Both the position numbers and the translations under genes were made by a program. A stretch of DNA of 64,000 bases, from contig CANGWC010000001.1 in NCBI GenBank assembly GCA_947457515.1, positions 34,153 to 98,152 on the forward strand, given 5' to 3'. A model generated the notes under the pieces. The model did not search any database. It was not told where the DNA came from and saw only the letters and a program-made list of their open reading frames with translations. This document shows, in pieces, positions 1 through 8,804 of this stretch (position 1 is the first letter of the stretch; each line of letters opens with the position of its first letter). The DNA is from Silvanigrellaceae bacterium (lineage in GTDB: Bacteria > Bdellovibrionota_B > Oligoflexia > Silvanigrellales > CANGWC01).

Positions 1-2
1 AT

Positions 3-851
3 CTTGTTTCTAATATTGAACCCCAAAATATCGATATTGAATCTTTTTGCAAAAAAATCGCATCCCATTTAAAAATATTTCCTGATAACCATTTGATAGT
101 TCAAAAATATTTAGGTTTTTCATGCCCCGTTCATTTGAAATCCTATTCTTTTAAAAAGAGTAAACTCAAAAACTCAAAAAATTCTTGGTCTTTAATTATA
201 AAAAGAAACATTCCCATTCTTAAAATTTATGATTTTGCTCCTTACTCTTCTGATCGATGGAATCATTTTTTAGAAACAGTTCAAGAGACTCTTATAGAAA
301 AAACTGAAAACTTCATTCTTGATCTGAGAGATAATAGCGGAGGTGATAGTCGTATGGGAGATAGAATCGTAGAGATGCTTATTGGAAAACCACAAGTGTT
401 TCTTAAAGATCCTCCTGTTAACGAGATTATCAATTCTTATTCTGAAAGATATTTAAAGAATGCTTTAAAAATAAAAGAATTTCAGTATGGCTCTTCTGAT
501 GCTCTTCAATTCAAAAAATCAGTCTCACTGATACCTTCTCACAAACCTAAAAAAATTTGGGTGCTTATGAATGCTGGTTGTGGTTCTTCCTGTGAACTCA
601 CTGTACTGAAACTGAGAAACCATCCTCATGTTTCTCTTGTAGGACAAAATACAGGTGGGGCATATGAATATGGAAATGCGGGAGCTGTTGTTTTGCCCTA
701 CAGTAAACTGATTCTTAGACTTCCCAGACAGCACAAAAACTTATTACCTGAAGCTCAATTTGAACTTGTAGGTATTCCTCCTGATTATGCTGTCTCTTCA
801 GAGCAAGATATCTTAGAATTTGTATTTAAAGAGATCCTTAATCATCAATAA
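3..851 (+). CDS. S41-family peptidase-like protein, 5' end cut by the window edge
   Basis: The frame stays open from nt 3, with no stop upstream of the TTG at 93 that the ORF track used. Motifs ILDLRDNSGGDS and VLMNAGCGSSCE...LVGQNTGG resemble the DLRxNxGG core of C-terminal processing peptidases. Confidence 0.55.
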   Translation, partial: LVSNIEPQNIDIESFCKKIASHLKIFPDNHLIVQKYLGFSCPVHLKSYSFKKSKLKNSKNSWSLIIKRNIPILKIYDFAPYSSDRWNHFLETVQETLIEKTENFILDLRDNSGGDSRMGDRIVEMLIGKPQVFLKDPPVNEIINSYSERYLKNALKIKEFQYGSSDALQFKKSVSLIPSHKPKKIWVLMNAGCGSSCELTVLKLRNHPHVSLVGQNTGGAYEYGNAGAVVLPYSKLILRLPRQHKNLLPEAQFELVGIPPDYAVSSEQDILEFVFKEILNHQ

Positions 852-898
852 ATTAACGCGGGTCTTATTTTTAATTTATATTCTTTTAAAACTTAAGT

Positions 899-1714
899 TT
901 ACTTAGTCTTTTGTTCTGAAACTAATACGTATCCTCTGTTATCTGAGACATCAACTGTACGCATCGCATTAATGAGATCAGTAGACTTCACCCAAACCCA
1001 GTTAGCATTATTGGGATTTACATCCATAATCAGAAAAGAGTCACTCTCTTCATCATATGCACCTAGAGGAGAAACATGGCCTGCACCTACCTGCCCCAGA
1101 AGTTTTCGATGGTAATTTATGAGTACGTAATCACCTTTTGTTTTTAAATTAAGAATAAGGTCTGACTTAATAGTTGAGTTATCAATCTTATCATCTACAA
1201 TTTTCATATCCACATTAAGATCATAGGCTTTCAAAAGATCAACTAATTGATGCAGTTGATAACCAAAACTTTGGATCTCTTTTTTGTCTTTGATAAAGGG
1301 CTTACCTAAAACCTCTGATTTAGTTTTAGGGCTTTTTGAAAAAATATTTTCCTGAGTATATCTTTCAAAAAAAGGATCGAATGTCTTTGAAAAATACTTT
1401 GTATCTTTAGGGAGGATAGAAGTCTTATCATAAGGTAAACCAGCTCCTTTAACTTTGACTCTTAAAGCATTTAAAACGATCACTGTGGATGTGACAGCAC
1501 AGTATAATTTATTTCTTTGGCTCTCAAATTGATTAGCCAGCTTAAAAAAATCTACTTTTGATTTAGAGGCTTCTAAACGGTGAATTCCTTAAGGGGAATC
1601 CCATTCTACTAAAGACACATTCTTAGCTGTTACTGTCTTGTCTAAGTTTTTAGCATACACCAACGATGTTAGCGTAGAGCAAATTAATAAAATCGCGAAC
1701 TTATTTATTTTCAT
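899..1714 (-). pseudogene. Phytochelatin synthase-like (papain-fold, C83-type) secreted enzyme interrupted by one in-frame TAA
   Basis: The ATG at 1714..1712 opens a signal peptide, MKINKFAILLICSTLTSLVYA. An in-frame TAA lies at 1591..1589 (codon 42), and the same frame continues into ORF 899..1483. Family motifs are present: FFKLANQFESQRNKLYCAVTS (Cys), GAGHVSPLGAYDEESDSFLIMDV (His, Asp) and WVWVKSTDLINAM. Confidence 0.7.
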
Positions 1715-1887
1715 ATATTTTTGGGATGTTCTTGATTCTATAATTACATTAAAATCCTGTCAAAAGTTAAGTTTTGTTTTATTAAATACGGCGTAATCCT
1801 CTACCTCAAAAGAACACAGAAGAGAAATTCAATAGGGAGTAATATTAAGACTTCTATTAATCTCATTCGTATTATATAAGAACTTTC

Positions 1888-2451
1888 ATGTATCTATTTA
1901 TTCTAATGCTATTTAGCGTTACTCCGTATACCGCGTATTCTGAAATTACAAATCATGATTCGAATCCACAACTCTACTCAGAGTTTGAAAAAGATCTTGA
2001 ACTCTACCAAGAGGCTATGATTGTCTTGGATTTAAAATCTGAAATTATACGTTTATTAAATACTAAAGAACTCTGGTTGCTCATGTCATACAGTGAATAT
2101 CATTTGGCTGAACATATCTTTAATGAAATATTTAAAATATGTGAAAGAATAAGAAGAGTTCGCACAAATTCTCAAGATTTTGATGATCTATTTTTCAATA
2201 AAATCACAGATGACTTATATAACTATAAAGAATATTTTAAGTTTTATGACATAATTCTCGTAAGTATGACTCAGCGTATTATGTATCGAAAAGCCAAAAA
2301 TTCTTTTGAACTCAGCGGAATTCTTAAAAATCCAAAGCTTTTTTGGGTGAGTTATAATTCACTTCTAGAGTTTTTAACGAAAAAAGGCTTCAATATCTAT
2401 GCTATGATCGAAGAAGCTCAATATGGAAACAAAACAACGCCAAATCATTAG
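1888..2451 (+). CDS. Hypothetical secreted helical protein
   Basis: 187-aa ORF with an N-terminal hydrophobic signal-like segment (MYLFILMLFSVTPYTAYS). I recognise no motif. Confidence 0.45.
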   Translation: MYLFILMLFSVTPYTAYSEITNHDSNPQLYSEFEKDLELYQEAMIVLDLKSEIIRLLNTKELWLLMSYSEYHLAEHIFNEIFKICERIRRVRTNSQDFDDLFFNKITDDLYNYKEYFKFYDIILVSMTQRIMYRKAKNSFELSGILKNPKLFWVSYNSLLEFLTKKGFNIYAMIEEAQYGNKTTPNH

Positions 2452-3139
2452 ATTTAGGTTTATCTTCGCAATTATTGTCATCGCTCTTTTTGTTTTACAT
2501 CTGATTATGATGACTGGTGAAGCAATTATTTTAGAATACACTCATAGCCAAGATATATTCATTCAGCTCTTTATTGTTCCTTTAATTTCTTTATTTATTT
2601 TTATTTATAGTATCGTGCTTTGTAGACTTGCTCTTTATCTTCATCATTATGGTCAAGATGCTCATATTGGGATTGGGAAGATCTTTATTTGGAGTGGAGT
2701 TTTTTTAACTTATCTTGTTTTGTTCTTATTTTTTCATAATAAAATGCCTTTATATTATCTTGCTTTAGGAAAGATCTTTTCACTTTCTTTATTCTTAAGA
2801 TTTTGGGATATCCAGTTAATCGATGCTCCTTTTTTCACAAGAATGAAAACGACCACTCGTCTTTTCTTACAACATTGGTCTTTATTCTGGGTATCACGTT
2901 GGATTATCTTAGGATGTTGGCTATTGATTCAGTTAGCTTTAAGTATTGCTCTTTTAGCTTTTGATCCTAAGAATGATATGAATATATTAGAAGGTTCACT
3001 GCTTTTAGGAACATTTTTTTTGATCTTCAGAAAACTCATCAAGAGTCCTTATTCTTATACCCCTGCATACGAATCATTTGAACAATTTGGTAAAGGATCC
3101 CCAACAGTAGGATTAATCCCAAAGAAAGAAACACCTTAA
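2423..3139 (+). CDS. Hypothetical polytopic membrane protein
   Basis: 238-aa ORF with about 6 hydrophobic helices. It overlaps the upstream ORF by 29 nt. Its tail is antisense to the 3' end of ORF 3039..4001. Confidence 0.45.
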   Translation: METKQRQIIRFRFIFAIIVIALFVLHLIMMTGEAIILEYTHSQDIFIQLFIVPLISLFIFIYSIVLCRLALYLHHYGQDAHIGIGKIFIWSGVFLTYLVLFLFFHNKMPLYYLALGKIFSLSLFLRFWDIQLIDAPFFTRMKTTTRLFLQHWSLFWVSRWIILGCWLLIQLALSIALLAFDPKNDMNILEGSLLLGTFFLIFRKLIKSPYSYTPAYESFEQFGKGSPTVGLIPKKETP

Positions 3140-4001
3140 TCAGATGGCTTCTGGGGATAGGAATACCCTCAACCATAAATTGAGGGAATGGACCTTCAAT
3201 GCCTTTACGAATTCCTTGCCAAGCGGATTTCTCAACGGTTCCTTCCCGGGGATCAATCTCTATTCTTTGCATGGTAATTGGCCCTTCTGTCTTTAAACTC
3301 AGATCTGAAGGGTATTGAGATAACTTAAAGAAGAAAGCTCCCGGTATTGATTCATAAGGGAAAGTGATATTCACCTTTTGATTTAACGCCGGCAGTTCAT
3401 AAATGAGAGCTAAAGTATTTTCCTGATGTGGAGTCCAATCATAGGTTAGATAATATTCTTGATGATCTCCTACAATTTCAGATGAGATCTGAGCTCCCTG
3501 TGGTTCAAGGACTTTAACTTGATCCGCTCCGTAAGGAAGTGGCACAAAAATACGAAGTTGTTTTTGGGAATATAAAGAAAAATAGCCTCGATAAAGACCT
3601 ATGAGTTTCCCTTGACCCGCAAAGAAAATGGCTTCATGAATGAGTGAAACATAGGATTCATCTTTCTCTGATTGTGACCACTGCTTTAAAATAGGTGCCG
3701 CTTGAGTTTCTTTTGGAGTGTCTTTAGCAAAGGCAATATTTACAAAAAACATGATCAACAGTGGAAAAAATGGAAGGTTTCTCAAAGAAAGTTTTCGGGA
3801 AACAGTGATCAGCTTTTCAAAATTCTCTTCTGATGACTCTTCTGCAAATTTTTTCCAATGTAAATTTCTTTCCTCGAGAAGAGATTCCTTATCTTCATCT
3901 TGAGAACTATCTGGTATAAAATTCTTATTTTGAAGAAACGGTAGTCCTAAAATACCTATACATAAAGTTGATACCAATGAGAAGAATATAAGTACAATCA
4001 C
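3039..4001 (-). CDS. Hypothetical membrane protein coupled to ccmF-ccmH
   Basis: 320 aa with a 4-nt overlap on the ccmFH stop. The order is TM1, acidic loop, TM2, a periplasmic domain of about 210 aa, then a C-terminal TM (VFLSLGLILLLGILYQIV). Confidence 0.55.
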   Translation of the reverse strand: MIVLIFFSLVSTLCIGILGLPFLQNKNFIPDSSQDEDKESLLEERNLHWKKFAEESSEENFEKLITVSRKLSLRNLPFFPLLIMFFVNIAFAKDTPKETQAAPILKQWSQSEKDESYVSLIHEAIFFAGQGKLIGLYRGYFSLYSQKQLRIFVPLPYGADQVKVLEPQGAQISSEIVGDHQEYYLTYDWTPHQENTLALIYELPALNQKVNITFPYESIPGAFFFKLSQYPSDLSLKTEGPITMQRIEIDPREGTVEKSAWQGIRKGIEGPFPQFMVEGIPIPRSHLIKVFLSLGLILLLGILYQIVQMIRMQGYKNKDS

Positions 4002-6322
4002 AGTTTAAGTAACTTTTCTTTATTTTTGGCGGTATATTCTAAAATAGAATCTCTTAAGAATTTTTCTTTTCTTTTTCGATCTCTATGTAACCAAAGTAAT
4101 ATCCCCGGACCTAATATCAGAATTAAAGTCGGGATCACCCAAAAGAATATTCCCACAGGACTACTAAAACTGGGCTTACGTAAGATCCATTCTCCGTAAC
4201 GATTTAAGAAATATTGAATCACTTCTTCTTTATTCTTACCTTTGGCTACCTGCTCTTCTACCTCATGACGCATCGCTATACTTTGTGGTGTTTCACTTTC
4301 TAAGATACTGACCCCTTGGCAGGTAGGACATCGTAACTCTTTGCCTATGTTTTGAATCAGATCTTGGCTATGTCCGGGAAAAGTTGTGATACTTAAAACA
4401 AGAACGAGTAACCATTTTAAGTTATGAGTGAAACAAATCAATCCCCCTAATAACATCAAAAATAAACTCACCCATACAAATTTTACCAATGGATTAATAT
4501 GTATTTTAAGAAACACTTCTTCGGTTTTAAGATCAAACGATCCTAAAACTCCATAGATATCATGCCAAAAAGTTGAGTAAACTCCTGCTTCATGGAACCA
4601 TTCCTCTCGGTTTGTGTATTTAGCTCGGTAAGGTTCCACAAGAAACTCTCCAGAATCATTTTTCCCTTTGATCTTAGCTCCGACCATTTTCACATTAGAT
4701 CCTTCTTGATATTGAAGGCCTTCATAGGTGAAGTGGTGACCAAAAAATTCAAATGTCTCTTGAGGGAGAAGCTTAAACTCTTGATCTATTCCTCCATAAT
4801 TACCTAAAAATCCCCATACAGCACAGAGAAAACCCATATGTATGAAAAAACTTCCAATATACCGACGATTATGTTTGAAATAATTTCTCCAAAGTTTCAT
4901 TTTATTGATAAAATCTATGGTTAAAAGAGATCCACTTAACAAAATACCTTCAAATCCTACCCACTGCATAAATGTTGCTTTCTTAAAATAGGTTACGAGA
5001 AGAGAAAGAATGAGGGAAACGATTAAAGCTATGGAGATATCTTTTTTAAAGTGCGGAGGGGATCCCATCCAGGGAAGAAGGCTTCCTAAACCCATTAAGA
5101 TAATTAAACTCACTCCAATCCAAGGCATAAATGCATTAAAAAATGGTTGTTGGATAGATATTTTCACTCCTCTAATAGCTTCAACAATTAAAGGGAGAAG
5201 AGTTCCAATGAAAACTAATCCTAAAAGGAATAATAAGAAGAATTGAGTCAATAATAAAACCATTTCCCGAGAAAGAAGTTTCATTGGTGCTGTGATAGGA
5301 AATTGAAATCGAGGAGTTCTGATGGCCAGTGTGATTAAAGAGACACTGAAAAGAAACAAGACATAGGTGAGATAAATAGGACCTATAGAACTTTCAGCGA
5401 AGGAATGCACACTGCTAATAATATTCGATCGAGTGATAAATGTTCCTAGGAAAGTGAGACTAAATGGCATCATTAAAAGGAAGAAAGTCAGACGAGGCAG
5501 TCGACCCATGCGATCAAGCACTTGAAGTGAATGAAGACTACAAGTCAAAGCTAACCAAGGCATAAAAGAACTGTTCTCTACAGGATCCCATGCCCAATAA
5601 CCAGCCCAACCTAATTCAACATAGGCCCACTTTCCTCCTAAGAAAATACCTACAGTCAGTAATGACCAAGCCACAAGAGCCCATCTTCTGACAACTTGAA
5701 TCCAAGATTCTGTCCACTTTCCATAAAGAAGTAACGAGAGAGTATATGCAAAAGGAACCACTAAACTGCAATACCCGGAAAATAACATCGGAGGATGAAT
5801 AGCCATGTAAGGATTTTGGAGAAGAGGATTCATCCCCTGTCCCTGTCGACCTGGAGGGAAGAGTCTATCAAAAGGAGCAGATGCCCATACACAAAGTAAC
5901 GTCATAAAGATCATTGTCCCTGCTAAAATAGTCACGAGTCCCGGAATCAAAGGTTCATTATCTTTATTCACCGTCATGAGGCAAAGACTTGCCATAATAG
6001 AAAGTAACGCTGTCCATAAAAGATGACTTCCCTCTAGTGAACTCCAAAAAGAAGTTAAGAGGTAAAGTTTAGGCATATCTAAAGAAGAATTTCTAAAGAT
6101 ATAAGTTACACTAAAATCATGTGTCAGAAGTCCATTCCATAGAATAATGGAAGCTAATCCAATAAAAAAAGAAACAAGATAAAGAGAACGTTTACCACTT
6201 GTTTGGTGAGAGACTCGACTCAATGACTGCAAAGGAGCAAAGCTTGCTAATAAACCTTGAACAAACGAATACACTGAGAAGATAAGTGCAAGTGATATAA
6301 ATCCAAAGCCAAACTCAGCCAT
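3998..6322 (-). CDS. ccmF: Cytochrome c-type biogenesis protein CcmF fused to a CcmH-like C-terminal domain
   Basis: CcmF motifs FSVTYIFRNSS...FWSSLEGSHLLW and the WWD-type GYWAWDPVENSSFMPWL are present. The C-terminus carries LRCPTCQGVSILESETP...RYGEWILRKP plus a TM, which is the CcmH CXXC module. The likely start is MAEFGF at 6322, 2 nt after the hemF stop. Confidence 0.85.
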   Translation of the reverse strand: MAEFGFGFISLALIFSVYSFVQGLLASFAPLQSLSRVSHQTSGKRSLYLVSFFIGLASIILWNGLLTHDFSVTYIFRNSSLDMPKLYLLTSFWSSLEGSHLLWTALLSIMASLCLMTVNKDNEPLIPGLVTILAGTMIFMTLLCVWASAPFDRLFPPGRQGQGMNPLLQNPYMAIHPPMLFSGYCSLVVPFAYTLSLLLYGKWTESWIQVVRRWALVAWSLLTVGIFLGGKWAYVELGWAGYWAWDPVENSSFMPWLALTCSLHSLQVLDRMGRLPRLTFFLLMMPFSLTFLGTFITRSNIISSVHSFAESSIGPIYLTYVLFLFSVSLITLAIRTPRFQFPITAPMKLLSREMVLLLTQFFLLFLLGLVFIGTLLPLIVEAIRGVKISIQQPFFNAFMPWIGVSLIILMGLGSLLPWMGSPPHFKKDISIALIVSLILSLLVTYFKKATFMQWVGFEGILLSGSLLTIDFINKMKLWRNYFKHNRRYIGSFFIHMGFLCAVWGFLGNYGGIDQEFKLLPQETFEFFGHHFTYEGLQYQEGSNVKMVGAKIKGKNDSGEFLVEPYRAKYTNREEWFHEAGVYSTFWHDIYGVLGSFDLKTEEVFLKIHINPLVKFVWVSLFLMLLGGLICFTHNLKWLLVLVLSITTFPGHSQDLIQNIGKELRCPTCQGVSILESETPQSIAMRHEVEEQVAKGKNKEEVIQYFLNRYGEWILRKPSFSSPVGIFFWVIPTLILILGPGILLWLHRDRKRKEKFLRDSILEYTAKNKEKLLKL

Positions 6323-6324
6323 AT

Positions 6325-7227
6325 TTACCATTTTACAACAGGTGGCATAGAACAAAGGATGGCTTCTGGGTTTCCTCCAGACATTAAGCCAAAACGAGTA
6401 CCCCTGTCATAAATAAGGTTAAATTCAGCATACCGTGCTCTCCAATGAAGATGTTTCTCTTTTAGATTAGAATCGAAATCCATTGAGATGGTTTTCTTAA
6501 GAATTTCTCTATATGCACTGGAAAACTGATCGCTCACTGCTGATAAAAGATCGAGATCTCCTGAGTCTTTAACAGGAATATAATCAAAGAAAATACCTCC
6601 AACTCCTCTGGTTTCCTTACGATGTTGAATATAAAAATAATCATCACACCATGCTTTAAAAGCAGAATAATTTCCTTGTGGAGACTGATCACAGGCTTGT
6701 TTCATAGAATCATGAAAAAGAGTTGTATCTTCTTGTCTTGGGACTAAAGGAGTGAGATCTGCACCTCCTCCAATCCAAACTTCATCGCCAACAGAAAAAA
6801 CACGTACATTCATATGAGCGATAGGAGCATAAGGATTATAGGGGTGAATGACGATAGAAACACCAGCTGCGCAAAAAGGTTTCCCTTGATACTGAGGCTC
6901 TAAAGAAGGGTATTCATCCCCCCAAACAAGACTCATATTAATGGCTCCTTTTTCCAGAGAAGTCCCACGAATCAGCGAAATCACTCCTCCTCCTTGTAAC
7001 TTATCTGTAGGTTCTTTTTCCCAAGGTTTAACTGTAGGAGGTTCCTGATCTACTGAGAAAATTCGAGAAATATTCTGAGATCTTACATTCAGTAAAAGAG
7101 GAATGATCTCATTAGACCATTGTGGATTAGGACATCTCCCGGCAAGAGAAGAAAAGAAGTCAAATACAAAATGATCTTGTAATAATGGAGTCTGCGAGGA
7201 AACAAGGTTGATATTAATTTCTGGCAT
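6325..7227 (-). CDS. hemF: Oxygen-dependent coproporphyrinogen III oxidase
   Basis: The protein matches HemF nearly end to end in character: VSIVIHPYNPYAPIAHMNVR, WCDDYFYIQHRKETRGVGGIFFD, YAEFNLIYDRGTRFGL, LCSMPPVVKW. Confidence 0.9.
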   Translation of the reverse strand: MPEININLVSSQTPLLQDHFVFDFFSSLAGRCPNPQWSNEIIPLLLNVRSQNISRIFSVDQEPPTVKPWEKEPTDKLQGGGVISLIRGTSLEKGAINMSLVWGDEYPSLEPQYQGKPFCAAGVSIVIHPYNPYAPIAHMNVRVFSVGDEVWIGGGADLTPLVPRQEDTTLFHDSMKQACDQSPQGNYSAFKAWCDDYFYIQHRKETRGVGGIFFDYIPVKDSGDLDLLSAVSDQFSSAYREILKKTISMDFDSNLKEKHLHWRARYAEFNLIYDRGTRFGLMSGGNPEAILCSMPPVVKW

Positions 7228-7235
7228 AAAGCTAT

Positions 7236-8006
7236 TTACTCTGAAAAATGTGAAGTATGACTTTTTAAAAAAAGCTGAAGTCTTTCCGTTTGAGGTGATC
7301 TAAAAACATCTGAAGAATTTCCAGATTCAATAATCTTACCTTCATCCATAAAAAGACATCTATGACTCATTTTAGCAGCAAAATTCATTTCGTGTGTGAC
7401 CACTATCATTGTCATGCCTGATTTAGCTAGCTTTGTGAGGATATCTAGAACATCTGTCACGAGTTCTGGGTCTAATGAACTTGTGGGTTCATCACAAAGA
7501 AGGACTTCTGGATTTAAAGCTAAAGCTCTTGCAATGGCGACTCTTTGTTTTTGTCCGCCGGAAAGATCTTTAGGATATTTATCTTCATACCCCTGAAGAT
7601 CAACTTTCTGGATCAGTTCTCTTGCTATGTTACTTGCTTCTTTTGGCTTAATTTTTAAAACAACTTTAAGACTTAATGAAACATTATCTTCTACTGTGAG
7701 ATGTGGAAATAATTCAAAATTTTGAAAGATCATCGTGGTTTTTCGTCGAAGAAGATGTGCTGCAAAGTTCTTTTGATTATAATCAATACCACAAACACGA
7801 ATAGAACCTTCCGTAATGGTATCTAACCCCCCAATACATCTTAAACAGGTACTCTTCCCACTGCCTGAAGGACCAATCAGTGAAATAACTTCTCCTGGAA
7901 ATACCTCAAATGAAATATCATTGAGAATCACTTTTTGAGATGATTGATTCCAAGAGTTTTTCTTAGAGACATGCTCTAAAGAGATCAGGGGTTTCTTTAA
8001 ATCCAT
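7236..8006 (-). CDS. ABC transporter ATP-binding protein (polar amino acid type)
   Basis: Walker A GPSGSGKST, signature LSGGQKQRVAIARAL and Walker B LLCDEPTSSLD are all present. Confidence 0.85.
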   Translation of the reverse strand: MDLKKPLISLEHVSKKNSWNQSSQKVILNDISFEVFPGEVISLIGPSGSGKSTCLRCIGGLDTITEGSIRVCGIDYNQKNFAAHLLRRKTTMIFQNFELFPHLTVEDNVSLSLKVVLKIKPKEASNIARELIQKVDLQGYEDKYPKDLSGGQKQRVAIARALALNPEVLLCDEPTSSLDPELVTDVLDILTKLAKSGMTMIVVTHEMNFAAKMSHRCLFMDEGKIIESGNSSDVFRSPQTERLQLFLKSHTSHFSE

Positions 8007-8037
8007 AGATAATGTCCTAAAATTTTCACAATAACTC

Positions 8038-8796
8038 TTATAACTTTCGTTCTAACAGTCTGGAACATGATGTGAGAAAAGTATTTATAATAAAATAGAT
8101 ACAAGCTACAGCAATCCAGGTTTCTAAATTTTTAAAGGTAACAGCACTTATCTGTGAAGCTGTTTTTGCAAGTTCATCAATACCAATCACAGAAATCAAA
8201 GAACTGTCTTTAATCAAAGCAACATATTGCCCCACAAGACCCGGCAAAACTCTTTTCATCGCTTGGGGGAAGATAATATGCCAAGCAATTTGTAGAGGAG
8301 TTAATCCCAGACTTTGTGCAGCCATAATTTGACCTTTTTCAAATTGAACTAAAACACCTCTCACAAGTTCTGCAATAGATGCTGCAGAAAATAAAATAAG
8401 ACCTAAGATCCCTGCTTCCCATGCAGAAAGATGAAGGACTGTACCCAATACAAAAAAGATGACATAGATCTGTACAAGAAAAGGAGTATTTCTAAAAACA
8501 TCTACATAAAAAACAAGTATTGTATGTAAAATCTTACTTTTAAAAGTTAAGAGTATCCCAAAAATAACACCTAGAATGCTTCCACCTAGAATACTCAATA
8601 GACTGATCCATAAAGTATTCCATAAACCCTGTAATAAAATACCGGGACCAGTTTCATTCCAAATAAAACTTTGAAGAAATGTAAAGTCCCATGGATAATC
8701 CATGGTTTGAATTCCCCATATGAGTAATCCGATCAGGGATATAAATAATCCACTAGGGAGAATTGCTAACCATAAGGAACTTTTCTTTTCTCTCAC
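8038..8796 (-). CDS. ABC transporter permease (amino acid, HisM/GlnP-like)
   Basis: 252 aa and polytopic, with an EAA-like loop (AAQSLGLTPLQIAWHIIFPQA). It is adjacent to the ATPase. No binding-protein gene is nearby. Confidence 0.8.
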   Translation of the reverse strand: MREKKSSLWLAILPSGLFISLIGLLIWGIQTMDYPWDFTFLQSFIWNETGPGILLQGLWNTLWISLLSILGGSILGVIFGILLTFKSKILHTILVFYVDVFRNTPFLVQIYVIFFVLGTVLHLSAWEAGILGLILFSAASIAELVRGVLVQFEKGQIMAAQSLGLTPLQIAWHIIFPQAMKRVLPGLVGQYVALIKDSSLISVIGIDELAKTASQISAVTFKNLETWIAVACIYFIINTFLTSCSRLLERKL

Positions 8797-8804
8797 AAAT
8801 TCAT

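Noticed and set aside
888-899. 12-nt palindrome AAACTTAAGTTT at the convergent gene junction as a bidirectional terminator
   Set aside because: It is almost entirely A/T (one C:G pair per arm), has no loop and lacks flanking U-tracts, so it is expected by chance in this composition.
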